DNA of 64,000 bases from Tagaea sp. (lineage in GTDB: Bacteria; Pseudomonadota; Alphaproteobacteria; CACIAM-22H2). Shown here piece by piece: positions 28,870 to 39,164 of the stretch. The notes under the pieces were generated by a model, which was not told where the DNA came from, made no database searches, and was given only the letters and a program-made list of their open reading frames with translations. The stretch covers positions 32,001 through 96,000 of the forward strand of contig CBDIIB010000002.1 in assembly GCA_965279525.1 (NCBI GenBank), in the 5' to 3' direction. How positions within the stretch are numbered: position 1 is the stretch's first letter; every line of letters begins with the position of its first letter. Made by a program: the position numbers and the translations under genes.

Positions 28870-30212
28870 TGGCCGACGAAGCCAACTCGCTGGGCGGGCG
28901 CGTCAAGCGCTACGCGCGGGTCGGCTCGGCAGTGGGCGGGCTCGCCGTGCGTCTGGGCGCCGAGCGCGTGCTGGGCGTCAAGCTCGACCGCGAGCGGCAC
29001 GCGGCCGACCTGCGCGCGGCACTGGGCGGCCTCAAGGGGCCGCTGATGAAGGTCGCCCAGCTGATGTCGACCATTCCCGATGCGTTGCCCGACGAATACG
29101 CGGCCGAACTTTCCCAGCTCCAGTCGAGTGCGCCCGCGATGGGCTGGCCGTTCGTCAAACGGCGCATGGCGGCCGAACTCGGCCCCGACTGGGCGGCGCG
29201 CTTCGCCTCGTTCGAGCGCGAAGCGGCGGCGGCGGCCTCGCTCGGGCAGGTGCATCGCGCGACCGGCAAGGACGGCGCGAGGCTTGCCTGCAAGCTCCAG
29301 TATCCCGACATGGCTTCGGCCGTGGAAGCGGACCTCAAGCAGCTGCGGCTCATCTTCGCCATCCATGCGCGCTACGATCCGGCGATCCGCACCGACCAGA
29401 TCCACGCCGAGATCGCCGCCCGCCTGCGCGAGGAACTCGACTATGCGCGCGAGGCGCGGCACATGGCGCTCTACGCGCACATGCTGGCCGACGAGGAAGG
29501 CGTGACGGTGCCGTCGAGCGTGCCCGCACTTTCCACCGCCCGCCTGCTGACGATGGACTGGCTCGACGGCACGAAGCTGCTCGACGCGCGCGAAGCCCCG
29601 CTCGAACGGCGCAACCGCATCGCGATGAACATGTTCCGCGCGTGGTACGTGCCGTTCTACAGCTATGCGACGATCCACGGCGATCCGCATCTGGGGAACT
29701 ATTCGGTGCGCGCCGACGGCGGGGTCAACCTGCTCGATTTCGGCTGCGTGCGCGTGTTCCGGCCGGAATTCGTCGCCGGCGTCATCGACCTCTACCGCGC
29801 GATCCGCGACGGCGACGAAGCGCTCGCCGTCCACGCCTACGAGGCGTGGGGCTTCAAGGATCTCGGCAAGGACAAGATCCGCTGCCTCAATCGCTGGGCC
29901 GAGTTCGTCTACGCCCCCCTGCTGGAAGACCGCCTGAGGCGCATCGACGAGACGAATTCGGGCGTCTACGGGCGCGCCGTGGCCGAGAAGGTGCACGCCG
30001 AGCTGCGCGACTTGGGCGGCGTTCAGCCGCCGCGCGAGTTCGTGCTGATGGACCGCGCCGCGATCGGGCTCGGCTCGGTCTTCCTGCACCTGAAGGCCGA
30101 GGTGAACTGGCACCGCGCCTTCCACGGCCTGATCGACGGCTTCGACGTGAAGACGCTTGCCGCACGCCAGCAGGCGGCCCTCGACCGGGTCGGCCTCGCC
30201 GCGGCCGCCTGA
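28869..30212 (+). CDS. ABC1/UbiB family kinase
   Basis: LKGPLMKVAQ, AAASLGQVH, KLQYP, HGDPHLGN, LDFG. Confidence 0.92.
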   Translation: MADEANSLGGRVKRYARVGSAVGGLAVRLGAERVLGVKLDRERHAADLRAALGGLKGPLMKVAQLMSTIPDALPDEYAAELSQLQSSAPAMGWPFVKRRMAAELGPDWAARFASFEREAAAAASLGQVHRATGKDGARLACKLQYPDMASAVEADLKQLRLIFAIHARYDPAIRTDQIHAEIAARLREELDYAREARHMALYAHMLADEEGVTVPSSVPALSTARLLTMDWLDGTKLLDAREAPLERRNRIAMNMFRAWYVPFYSYATIHGDPHLGNYSVRADGGVNLLDFGCVRVFRPEFVAGVIDLYRAIRDGDEALAVHAYEAWGFKDLGKDKIRCLNRWAEFVYAPLLEDRLRRIDETNSGVYGRAVAEKVHAELRDLGGVQPPREFVLMDRAAIGLGSVFLHLKAEVNWHRAFHGLIDGFDVKTLAARQQAALDRVGLAAAA

Positions 30213-30282
30213 CGCTGCTCGTATCCAAGGGGGCGGCTGAATTTTCTTCAACTTTGGCGGGCTGCCCGCTAGCGTGACGGGC

Positions 30283-31047
30283 ATGTCCAGGAAGCCCAGA
30301 TTGCGGCCGGCGCTCTACCGCATCGACCGCAGCTCGCCGATCCCGCTCTATATCCAGGTCCGCAGCCGGTTGATGACGATCGTCAATTCCTGGCCGGACC
30401 CGGAACAGATGTTCCATACCGAGGACGAGCTGACTGCGGCCTTCGGGGTCAGCCGGGTGACCGTGCGCGGCGCGATGGGCGAACTCGTCGAGGCGGGCTA
30501 CCTCAAGCGCACGCGCGGGGCCGGAACCCGCGTCACCAAGCGCAAGATCGAGGAGCGCCTGCAGCTCGGCCGCAAGCTCAACAAGATGTGGGCCAACGAG
30601 GAGCGCATGCACGTGGCGCTGCTCGCTTTCGAGCGGACCGGGGCGCCGGCCGGCATCGCGGCCGAACTGGGGATCGAGCCGGGTGCCGACCTGCTGTCGA
30701 TCAAGCGCCTGCGCTCGACCGGCCTGTCGCCGATCGCGATCGACTGGCGCTATGTGCCCGGGCCGCTCGCCGACCGCGTCGGGCGCGAGGACGCGCGCAC
30801 CGGCATCTACAGTGCCATCGCCCGCATGGTCGCCTTCGACCATGTGCGAATGGAGATCGAGGGCGGCCTGTCGGGTCCGGAGGAGGTCGAGCTGCTGCTG
30901 ATGCCGACCGGCACGCCGATCCTCACCCAGCGCTTCGTCGTCTACAGCCGGACCGGCCAGGCCGTCATGCTCGGCCGCTCGGTCAACCGCGCCGACATGA
31001 CGCGCTATTCGCTGCGCATGGACGCGACGAGCGAGATATTGGGCTAA
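30283..31047 (+). CDS. GntR family (HutC/UTRA) transcriptional regulator
   Basis: PLYIQV..TEDELTAAFGVSRVTVR..G.GT wHTH plus UTRA-like C-terminus. Confidence 0.9.
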   Translation: MSRKPRLRPALYRIDRSSPIPLYIQVRSRLMTIVNSWPDPEQMFHTEDELTAAFGVSRVTVRGAMGELVEAGYLKRTRGAGTRVTKRKIEERLQLGRKLNKMWANEERMHVALLAFERTGAPAGIAAELGIEPGADLLSIKRLRSTGLSPIAIDWRYVPGPLADRVGREDARTGIYSAIARMVAFDHVRMEIEGGLSGPEEVELLLMPTGTPILTQRFVVYSRTGQAVMLGRSVNRADMTRYSLRMDATSEILG

Positions 31048-31115
31048 ATTTGTACTACTTGGCGCTGATCCACCTTGGCAATCTCTGGCTTTGATTAGAT
31101 CGAGGGAATTTAAAC

Positions 31116-31796
31116 TTGGACAATCAATTGAATCAACTTCTCAAGGAGCTTGAGAATTCTAGGAAGACCATTTTAGAGCATGGCATGAAAAATCTTAAGG
31201 CAGCTGGTGGGAATTTCTTTCATACCGATTTTGTTTTTATTGGTGCTGCGAATCGATCCTTGGCTTTGATCGATGGCTTCATATCTCTGCACCAATCTCG
31301 GAATTTCTTATGTATGGCGCCAATGGTACGCATGCATCTGGATACATTGCTGCGACTGCATGCGTTAAAAATGGTTGATAGTGTAGAGAAGGTTGCCGCA
31401 GCGATATTTCAAGGAGAACAGATTAGTAAAATGAAGGGAACTTCCAAGCTCACCTTAACCGACAGGAATATCAGGGAGAACTTCATCGAATATTGGGAAG
31501 GCCAGGGGCGCGACGTGTCATGGGTTCAGAGTGTATATGCGGCTACGTCCGGCCATATCCATTTATCGAAAGCACATGTCTTTTCTACAATGAAGGATAC
31601 TGACAGTCCCGATTCTATTTCGCTTAGTGTTTCTGGTTCAATTGGTGATGTCGATCAATACCCGGCAGCCGCCAAGCCTGCATTTGCAGCAATGATAGAT
31701 ATTTCGAATGGCATTTGCGCATATGTCGAGAAGTGGACGGCTACAAAAGAGTTATGGTTGCAAACGAAGAATTCGAAGATCCATGGCGCAAAATAA
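31116..31796 (+). CDS. low-GC hypothetical protein (DUF5677/HEPN-like helical pattern)
   Basis: TTG start with GAGG RBS; clearly AT-richer than the flanks; N..APMVR..D and Y..TSGHIH patterns. Confidence 0.7.
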   Translation: MDNQLNQLLKELENSRKTILEHGMKNLKAAGGNFFHTDFVFIGAANRSLALIDGFISLHQSRNFLCMAPMVRMHLDTLLRLHALKMVDSVEKVAAAIFQGEQISKMKGTSKLTLTDRNIRENFIEYWEGQGRDVSWVQSVYAATSGHIHLSKAHVFSTMKDTDSPDSISLSVSGSIGDVDQYPAAAKPAFAAMIDISNGICAYVEKWTATKELWLQTKNSKIHGAK

Positions 31797-31835
31797 AATG
31801 ACGGCATACATGCATGGGTGCACATCGAGCGTTTT

Positions 31836-31871
31836 AAGTCGTGGATGCCCGGCACGAGGCCGGGCATGACG
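31836..31871 (-). repeat. REP-type palindromic element, second copy
   Basis: Reverse complement cgtcatgcccggcctcgtgccgggcatccacgactt matches 7470-7504 except in the loop. Confidence 0.85.
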
Positions 31872-31873
31872 CG

Positions 31874-33139
31874 CTATATTTTCGGCACGCTCGAATAGAG
31901 CGAGACGAACAGGAAGCGGCGCTGGGCTTCCTCGGCGTCGAACGTGTCGTCCATCCAGTTCATGATGCCGGGCGCGAACTCGCGGAAATCCCGCCACTGG
32001 CCGGTGCGGCGCATGTGCAGCCACGCCGCGTGAAGCGCCACCTGGTCGATGGTCCACGTCGCCGCGCGGTTGGTGAGGAAATGCCGGCAATAGGCGGCGA
32101 CGAGGTCGGCATAGCGTCGGCCGGCCGGCGTGTCGCCAAAATAGACCATCGTGGCGAGCAGCCGGTTGGCGAAATCGTAGCGGATCTTGACGTTGGCACC
32201 CGCATCGCACGGGGCCAGCTCGTCGAGCCACGGCCGCGGATCGCGCGTGGGGGCAAGGTCGATGTCGCACACCAGGATCGGCCGGCGATAGTGTGCGATG
32301 AGGCGGGGCAAGGCGAGGAATCGCGCGCACGAATAATAGGTCTTCGCCGCATAGAGCGGGTCGAGGCCGGGGGCGGCGAAGCAGGCGAGATCGACCGTCT
32401 CGCGCGTGACGGCCATGTCGAGATGGCCTTGCGTGAGCTCGACCGCGCGCGCGACCTTCGCCTCGCTCTCCGGCGTCGGGTTCACGACATGCAGGTGCAA
32501 CGCGATACCCGGTGCCCGCGCGGCAAGATTGCCCGCGAGCAGGTCGACGAAGCGCGCGGCGTAGCCGGCGTCGGCGGCGGCGAACAGCAGCGGCGTGTCG
32601 CCGCCGGCGAAGGCGCCGTCCAGTTCGGGGCCGGGTGACGTGTCGAGGCTTTCGAAGAACGCGTCGTCGAGCCGGATCTGGCGCGCGATGGCCCCGAAAC
32701 TCAGATGCGGATCCACGCCGGCGGGCGTGGGCAGCTGCCCCCAGGCGTCGAAGGTGGCGGCGGCACCGGCGACGTCGTCGCGCTCGGCAAGGGCGGTGCC
32801 CAGCCCGTAGAGCGAGCCCGAATCCCGCGAATTGAGGGCCGATGCGCGCCGGAAGGCGGCGGCGGCTTCCTCGGCGCGTTCAAGATCGAGCAACGCATTG
32901 CCAAGGCGGCGCTCGGCGTCGGCGTCGCGCGGATCGAGCGTCAGCGCCGCGCGGTAGGCCTCGACCGCCCCCGCGGCATCGCCCAGCCCGTGGCGCGCCC
33001 GCCCGAGCAGCGAATGGGCGGGGCCAAGGGCCGGCAGCAGGGAAACGGCCTGTTCGAGGGCGGCGCGCGCCGGTGCGAACGCGCGCTTCTTCAGATGCGC
33101 TTCGCCCTCGCGCAGCAGTCTGGATGCATCGCCGCTCAA
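31874..33139 (-). CDS. TPR-repeat protein with C-terminal glycosyltransferase-like domain
   Basis: N-terminal TPR repeats (LG.A..A...YR.AL.LDP); AADAGY, HLHVVN, LVCDID, IDQVAL; TTGA overlap start. Confidence 0.7.
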   Translation of the reverse strand: MSGDASRLLREGEAHLKKRAFAPARAALEQAVSLLPALGPAHSLLGRARHGLGDAAGAVEAYRAALTLDPRDADAERRLGNALLDLERAEEAAAAFRRASALNSRDSGSLYGLGTALAERDDVAGAAATFDAWGQLPTPAGVDPHLSFGAIARQIRLDDAFFESLDTSPGPELDGAFAGGDTPLLFAAADAGYAARFVDLLAGNLAARAPGIALHLHVVNPTPESEAKVARAVELTQGHLDMAVTRETVDLACFAAPGLDPLYAAKTYYSCARFLALPRLIAHYRRPILVCDIDLAPTRDPRPWLDELAPCDAGANVKIRYDFANRLLATMVYFGDTPAGRRYADLVAAYCRHFLTNRAATWTIDQVALHAAWLHMRRTGQWRDFREFAPGIMNWMDDTFDAEEAQRRFLFVSLYSSVPKI

Positions 33140-34368
33140 GCCTTCGCCGCCTCGAGGATCGCGTGCAGCAGCACGTCGCAGCCCGCCGCGATGTCGGACT
33201 GTTTGGCGTCCTCGATCTCGTTGTGCGAAATGCCGTCGGCGCACGGCACGAAGATCATCGCGGTGGGGGCGACACGCGCCATGTAGACCGCGTCGTGACC
33301 CGCACCCGACACGATCTCCATCGCGCTGTGGCCATGCAGGGCGGCGCCTTGGCGCACCGCATCGACCAGCGAAGACGCGAACGGTGTGGGCGGAAAATAC
33401 CAGAAGTCCTTGATCTCCAGTTCGAGGCCCGCGTCGGTCGCGATCTTCGCGAAGCGTTCCTTCATCGCCTTGTCCATGCCCGACAGGCGCGAGTCGTCGG
33501 GATGGCGGAAATCGATCGTGAAGAACACGCGCCCCGGGATCGTGTTGCGGCTGTTGGGGCTCGACTGGATGAAGCCCACCGTGGCGCACGCACCGGGCTG
33601 GAACTCGTGGCCGATGCGGTTGACCGCGTCGATCATCCGTGCGGCCCCCACGAGTGCATCCTTGCGCCGCGCCATCGGCGTGGGGCCGGCATGCGCCTCC
33701 TGGCCCACGACCGTCACCTCGTACCAGCGTTGGCCTTGGGCACCCGTGACGATGCCGATGGTCTTGCCTTCGGCCTCCAGGATCGGGCCCTGCTCGATAT
33801 GCGCTTCGAAATACGCCGCCGTCGGCCGTCCGCCGACCGGGGCGGGGCCGCGATAGCCGATCTTCGCCAGCGCATCGGCGAACGAAATGCCGTCGATGTC
33901 CTGCTTGGCGTCGATCTCGTCGGCCGGGAACACACCGGCATAGGCGCCCGACCCCATCATCGCGGGCGAGAAGCGCGAGCCTTCCTCGTTGGTCCAGACC
34001 GCAACCTCGACCGCGCGGTCGGTCTCGATCTTGGCATCCGCCAGCGTGCGCAGCACTTCGAGGCCCGCAAGCACGCCGTAGACGCCGTCGAAGCGGCCGC
34101 CGGTGGGCTGGGTGTCGAGATGGCTGCCGGTCATCACGGCGGGAAGCGTGGGGTCACGCCCCTCGCGCCTTGCGAACATGTTGCCCATCCGGTCGACCGT
34201 GACGGTGCACCACAGCGCCTTCGCCCAGCTTGCGAACAGGTCGCGCCCCTGCCGGTCGAGATCGGTGAGTGCGAGCCGGCACACCCCGCCCTTGGGCGTG
34301 GCGCCGATCTTCGCCATTTCCATCAGGCTGTCCCACAGCCGGTCGCCGTCGACGCGCAGATTCCGCAT
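33136..34368 (-). CDS. M20 Zn-dependent amidohydrolase (beta-ureidopropionase/N-carbamoylase-like)
   Basis: [41 protein letters not shown]. Confidence 0.92.
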   Translation of the reverse strand: MRNLRVDGDRLWDSLMEMAKIGATPKGGVCRLALTDLDRQGRDLFASWAKALWCTVTVDRMGNMFARREGRDPTLPAVMTGSHLDTQPTGGRFDGVYGVLAGLEVLRTLADAKIETDRAVEVAVWTNEEGSRFSPAMMGSGAYAGVFPADEIDAKQDIDGISFADALAKIGYRGPAPVGGRPTAAYFEAHIEQGPILEAEGKTIGIVTGAQGQRWYEVTVVGQEAHAGPTPMARRKDALVGAARMIDAVNRIGHEFQPGACATVGFIQSSPNSRNTIPGRVFFTIDFRHPDDSRLSGMDKAMKERFAKIATDAGLELEIKDFWYFPPTPFASSLVDAVRQGAALHGHSAMEIVSGAGHDAVYMARVAPTAMIFVPCADGISHNEIEDAKQSDIAAGCDVLLHAILEAAKA

Positions 34369-34407
34369 GTCCGATACCCCTTCCGGTAAATCCTTTTACC
34401 CGAACGA

Positions 34408-34436
34408 TTGACGCGGCGGGAAGCCCGACGCATTCT
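34408..34436 (+). promoter_or_regulatory. sigma70-type promoter of the dehydratase-TRAP operon
   Basis: TTGACG-N17-CATTCT. Confidence 0.5.
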
Positions 34437-34466
34437 GCGGGCCATAAATTTCCGGGGGAAACATCC

Positions 34467-36191
34467 ATGCGTCGCAAGAAGCCTGAAGAACTGCGCAGCC
34501 ACCGCTGGTACGGCGCGCAGGACATGCGCTCGTTCGGCCACCGTTCGCGCACCAAGCAGATGGGCTTCTCGGCCGAGGACTACGCCGGCAAGCCGGTGAT
34601 CGCGATCATCAACACGTTCTCCGACGCCAACCCCTGCCACCATCATTTCAAGTCGCGCGTTGAAGACGTCAAGCGCGGCATCTACCAGGCCGGCGGCTTC
34701 CCGCTGGAAATGCCCGCGATGTCGCTGGGCGAGCCCTTCATGAAGCCGACCACGATGATCTACCGCAACCTCTTGTCGATCGACGTGGAGGAGCTGCTGC
34801 GCGCCAATCCGGTCGATGGGGCCGTGCTGATGGGCGGGTGCGACAAGACGGTGCCCGCGATGATCATGGGGGCGGCGTCGATGAACCTGCCCGCGATCTT
34901 CATGCCGGCGGGGCCGATGCTGCGCGGCAACTGGCACGGCAAGACGCTGGGCTCGGGTTCCGACGTGTGGAAGTACTGGGCCGAGAAGCGTGCGGGCAAC
35001 ATCGACGACAAGGCGTGGGTCGAGATCGAGGACGGCATCGCGCGTTCCTTCGGCACCTGCATGACGATGGGGACTGCCTCGACGATGGCCTCGGCGGTCG
35101 AGGCGCTCGGCATGACGCTGCCGATGGCGGGCTCGATCCCGGCGGCGGACTCGGGCCACCCGCGCATGGCGGCGGCGTGCGGCCGACGCATCGTCGACAT
35201 GGTGTGGGAGGACCTCAAGCCCCGCGACATCATGACGACCAAGGCCTTCGAGAACGCCGTGATGGCCGCGATGGCGCTCGCCGGCTCGACCAACTCGATC
35301 ATCCACCTGATCGCGATGGCGGGACGTGTGGGTGCCGATCTCGATCTCGACAAGTTCGACAAGCTCTCCAAGCGCGTGCCCGTGCTCGGCAACATCCGGC
35401 CGAGCGGCAAGTACCTGATGGAGGATTTCTTCTATGCCGGCGGCCTGCCGGGCCTGCTCGACCGCATCCGCGACGTGCTGAACGTCGACTGCGTCACCGC
35501 CAACGGCCAGACGCTGGGCGAGAACATCAAGGGGGCGGGCGTCTACAACGACGACGTCATCCGCACGCGCGACAACCCGGTCGCCAAGGAAGGCGGCGTG
35601 GCCGTGCTGCGCGGCAATCTGTGTCCGGACGGTGCCGTCATCAAGCCGACGGCGGCCGAGCCGCATCTCCTGAAGCATCGCGGGCCGGCGATCGTGTTCG
35701 ACGACTACAACGACATGGCCGCGCGCATCGACGACCCCAAGCTGGGGGCGACGAAGGATTCGGTGCTGATCTTGCGCAGTGCCGGTCCGCTGGGCGCACC
35801 CGGCATGCCGGAATGGGGCCAGCTGCCGATCCCCAAGCGGCTGCTCGAAGAAGGCGTGCGCGACATGGTGCGCATCTCCGACGCGCGCATGAGCGGCACG
35901 TCCTATGGTGCGTGCGTGCTGCATGTGGCGCCGGAATCAGCACTGGGCGGGCCCCTGGCGCTGGTGCGCACGGGCGACATCGTGGCGCTCGATGTCGGGG
36001 GCCGCACGCTGTCGGTCGAGATTTCGGATGCCGAGATGGCCAAGCGCAAGGCGGCCTGGAAGGCACCCAAGCCGCACTACGAGCGCGGCTTCGGCCTCCT
36101 GCATCTCCAGCACGTGACGCAGGCAAACGAGGGTTGCGACTTCGATTTCCTGCGCGGAACGGCGGCGATCGCGGACCCGGAGATTCATTGA
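34467..36191 (+). CDS. araD: IlvD/Edd family sugar-acid dehydratase (L-arabonate dehydratase-like)
   Basis: [42 protein letters not shown]. Confidence 0.85.
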   Translation: MRRKKPEELRSHRWYGAQDMRSFGHRSRTKQMGFSAEDYAGKPVIAIINTFSDANPCHHHFKSRVEDVKRGIYQAGGFPLEMPAMSLGEPFMKPTTMIYRNLLSIDVEELLRANPVDGAVLMGGCDKTVPAMIMGAASMNLPAIFMPAGPMLRGNWHGKTLGSGSDVWKYWAEKRAGNIDDKAWVEIEDGIARSFGTCMTMGTASTMASAVEALGMTLPMAGSIPAADSGHPRMAAACGRRIVDMVWEDLKPRDIMTTKAFENAVMAAMALAGSTNSIIHLIAMAGRVGADLDLDKFDKLSKRVPVLGNIRPSGKYLMEDFFYAGGLPGLLDRIRDVLNVDCVTANGQTLGENIKGAGVYNDDVIRTRDNPVAKEGGVAVLRGNLCPDGAVIKPTAAEPHLLKHRGPAIVFDDYNDMAARIDDPKLGATKDSVLILRSAGPLGAPGMPEWGQLPIPKRLLEEGVRDMVRISDARMSGTSYGACVLHVAPESALGGPLALVRTGDIVALDVGGRTLSVEISDAEMAKRKAAWKAPKPHYERGFGLLHLQHVTQANEGCDFDFLRGTAAIADPEIH

Positions 36192-36266
36192 CGGGCAGGG
36201 GGCGGCCCATGCTCTAATCCCTCGTCAGCCCCGTCCAGAGGGCGTCGAATTCGAGGGAGAGAACGC

Positions 36267-37214
36267 ATGATCCGCCGGTTGATTCCCGTCCTCCTTGCGT
36301 CGGCCGTCGTAGCCGCCGCAGGGCCTGCCCTTGCACAGGGCAACACCTACCGCCTGATGTCCGGCCCGCAGGGCGGCGTCTGGGTGCCGCTGTCCGGCGC
36401 CCTCAAGAACCTTTGGGAAAATGCCATCCCGGGCCTCTCGGTGCAGACGCTGCCGGGGGCCGGCATCGCCAACGTGCGCGGCATCGACGAGGACAAGGCC
36501 GAGGTCGGCTTCGGCAACTCGATCTCGACCGTCGACGGCGTCAACGGGGCGGCCCCGTTCCCGCGCAAGGCGGCGAACGTGTGCCAGATGGCCTCGCTCT
36601 ATCCGCAGTATTTCCAGATCGTCGTGAACGAGGATTCGGGCATCAACTCGGTCAAGGACCTCAAGGGCAAGGCGATCGCCGTGCAGTCGCGCGGCAACAC
36701 GGCCGAAGTCGTCACGCAGCACATCCTGCAGACGGCCGGTCTCAGCTACTCCGACATGAAGACCAACTTCCTCGCCTCTTACAACGATGCGGTCTCGATG
36801 CTGAAGGACGGCCAGGCGCAGGCCTTCACGCTCGGCACGACCATCCCGTCGGGTGCGGTGATGGATCTTGCCACGTCGCGCAAGATCCGCGTGCTCGACC
36901 TCAAGGACTCGGTCGACGCGATGAAGAAGATCAACACCGGCTATGTCGGCGTCACGATGCCGGCGAACACCTACCCGAACCAGCCGGCGGCCCTGACCAA
37001 GATCGGCTATGCCGCACACCTGATCGTGTCGTGCAAGCTGCCCGAGGACCGCGTCTACACGATGCTCAAGACGGTCGCGAACAACATCAAGGACCTGTCG
37101 GCCGTCAACAAGGCGATGGAACGCATGACGCCCAAGGAAATGGGCGAAGATATCGGCGTGCCGTTCCACCCGGGCGCCAAGCGCTTCTACAACGAAGTCG
37201 GCGTGAAGATGTGA
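36267..37214 (+). CDS. TAXI family TRAP solute-binding protein
   Basis: Signal peptide, GPQGGVW, GAGIANV, SVKDLKGK, VPFHPGA. Confidence 0.9.
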   Translation: MIRRLIPVLLASAVVAAAGPALAQGNTYRLMSGPQGGVWVPLSGALKNLWENAIPGLSVQTLPGAGIANVRGIDEDKAEVGFGNSISTVDGVNGAAPFPRKAANVCQMASLYPQYFQIVVNEDSGINSVKDLKGKAIAVQSRGNTAEVVTQHILQTAGLSYSDMKTNFLASYNDAVSMLKDGQAQAFTLGTTIPSGAVMDLATSRKIRVLDLKDSVDAMKKINTGYVGVTMPANTYPNQPAALTKIGYAAHLIVSCKLPEDRVYTMLKTVANNIKDLSAVNKAMERMTPKEMGEDIGVPFHPGAKRFYNEVGVKM

Positions 37215-37221
37215 GGGTACG

Positions 37222-37252
37222 GGCGGGCGGCCTTCGGGGCCGCCCGCCTTCG
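37222..37252 (+). terminator. GC-rich hairpin after the SBP gene (terminator or stabiliser)
   Basis: ggcgggcggcc-ttcgg-ggccgcccgcc. Confidence 0.65.
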
Positions 37253-37270
37253 TTCCGGGATCCGGGAAAA

Positions 37271-37302
37271 CGGGGCCGGGGGAAATCGGGGCCGGGGGAA
37301 TT
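37271..37302 (+). repeat. 16-nt tandem duplication forming four G-tracts
   Basis: cggggccgggggaaat cggggccgggggaatt. Confidence 0.8.
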
Positions 37303-37308
37303 CGGAGA

Positions 37309-39162
37309 ATGACGGATACGACGGGTTACCGGCGCGCGGTCGCCTATTTCATCGGCGCCGTCGGCGCCGCGATGTCGCTCTGGCACATGTGGATCATCGC
37401 GGTGGCGCCGCCCGAGGTGCTCTATTTCCGCGGCGGACACCTGATGTTCGCGATGACGCTGGTGTTCCTCGTCTACCCGTTCGCGACGTCGGACGATCCG
37501 AAGATGCCGCGCCTGGTCGACTGGCTGTGCGTCGCCGGCTCGATCGGCTTCATCGGCTATCTGTGGGTCAACCACGACTATCTGATCAACCGCATCCAGT
37601 ACATCGACGAGCCGACGACGGTCGACCAGATCATGGCGGTGGTCGCGATCGCGCTGGTTTTCGAAGGCACGCGGCGATGCATCGGCTGGGCGTTGCCGAT
37701 CACCTCGATGGTGTTCGTCGGCTACTGCCTCGTCTTCACCAACATCTCGCTGAGCTCGCTGCTCGACCAGACGTATCTGACGACCGAGGGCATCTTCGGT
37801 TCCACGCTCGGCGTCTCGGCGTCCTTCGTGCTGATCTTCGTGCTGTTCGGCTCGTTCATGGAGCGCACGGGTACGGGCCAGCTCTTCATGGATTTCGCGC
37901 TCGCGCTGACCGGCAGCCAGGCGGGCGGACCGGGCAAGGTCTCGGTCATCTCCTCGTCGCTGTTCGGCACGATCTCGGGCTCGGCCGTCGCCAACGTGAT
38001 GGTCGACGGGCCGATCACGATCCCGCTGATGAAGCGCACCGGCTTCAGGCCCCATTTCGCCGCGGCGGTCGAGGCGGTCGCGTCGACCGGCGGCCAGATC
38101 ATGCCGCCGATCATGGGGGCGGCCGCCTTCGTGATGGCGGAATTCCTGCAGACGACCTACCTGCAGGTGACGCTGTGGGCGATCATTCCGTCGCTGCTCT
38201 ATTACGTCGCGTGTTTCGGCGCCGTGCATTTCGAGGCCAAGCGCCAGGGTCTGCTCGGCGTGCCGAAGGCGGAATGCCCGCGCCTCGGGCAGGTCCTGCG
38301 CGAGCGCGGGCACCTGTTCATCCCGATCCTGATGATCCTGGGCGGCATGATCGCGGGCTATTCCGCCCCGCTCTCGGCGCTGTTCGGCACGATCGCGTGC
38401 TTCCCGGTGGCGCTGATGCGCAAGAACACGCGCGCCGGCATCACCTGGTGGACGGTGCTTGATGCACTCATCGACGGGGCCAAGAACGCGCTCGCGGTGG
38501 CGATGGCGTGTGCGTGTGCCGGCATCGTCATCGGCGTGATCTCGCTCACCGGCATCGGCATCCAGTTCACGCAGTGGGTGCTCTATCTCGCCCAGAACAC
38601 GCTGCTGCTTGCCCTGCTCGTGACCGCCATCGCCGGCATCGTGCTGGGCATGGGCATGCCGACCACGCCGGCCTACATCATCATGGTCTCGCTGCTTGTC
38701 CCTGCCCTGATGAAGCTCGGCGTCATCGAGCCGGCGGCACATATGTTCGCGTTCTACTTCGCAATCCTGTCGGCGATCACGCCGCCGGTGGCGCTTGCGG
38801 TGTTCGCGGCGGCGAGCCTAGCCAAGGCCGATCTGTGGGCGTCGGGATGGGCGGCGGTCAAGGTGGGGGCGGCCGGCTTCATCGTGCCGTTCATGTTCGT
38901 CTACCAGCCGGCGATCCTGCTGATCGGCGACTGGCAGTCGATCGCCTACGCCATCGTCACGTCGTCGTGCGGCATCCTGCTGCTGGCCGCCGGCCTGCAC
39001 GGCTATCTGCTGCGGCGTGCGACGAATTTCGAGCGGGCGCTGCTTGTCGCGGCGGCCTTCGCGCTGGTCTATCCCGATTTTGTGGCCGACATCGTCGGCG
39101 TCGGACTCGCCGCACTGGTCGTGGCGATGCACAAGCTCCGGCCCGCCCCGCAGGCGGCTTAG
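37309..39162 (+). CDS. TRAP transporter fused 4TM/12TM permease
   Basis: GGPGKV, GSAVANV, ASTGGQIMPPIMGAAAF, GMGMPTT, ITPPVA. Confidence 0.93.
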   Translation: MTDTTGYRRAVAYFIGAVGAAMSLWHMWIIAVAPPEVLYFRGGHLMFAMTLVFLVYPFATSDDPKMPRLVDWLCVAGSIGFIGYLWVNHDYLINRIQYIDEPTTVDQIMAVVAIALVFEGTRRCIGWALPITSMVFVGYCLVFTNISLSSLLDQTYLTTEGIFGSTLGVSASFVLIFVLFGSFMERTGTGQLFMDFALALTGSQAGGPGKVSVISSSLFGTISGSAVANVMVDGPITIPLMKRTGFRPHFAAAVEAVASTGGQIMPPIMGAAAFVMAEFLQTTYLQVTLWAIIPSLLYYVACFGAVHFEAKRQGLLGVPKAECPRLGQVLRERGHLFIPILMILGGMIAGYSAPLSALFGTIACFPVALMRKNTRAGITWWTVLDALIDGAKNALAVAMACACAGIVIGVISLTGIGIQFTQWVLYLAQNTLLLALLVTAIAGIVLGMGMPTTPAYIIMVSLLVPALMKLGVIEPAAHMFAFYFAILSAITPPVALAVFAAASLAKADLWASGWAAVKVGAAGFIVPFMFVYQPAILLIGDWQSIAYAIVTSSCGILLLAAGLHGYLLRRATNFERALLVAAAFALVYPDFVADIVGVGLAALVVAMHKLRPAPQAA

Positions 39163-39164
39163 GG

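Noticed and set aside
34385-34400. ggtaaa-tcct-tttacc as a RutR/PydR site for the amidohydrolase
   Set aside because: Half-sites are in the opposite arrangement to the known box; too weak to call
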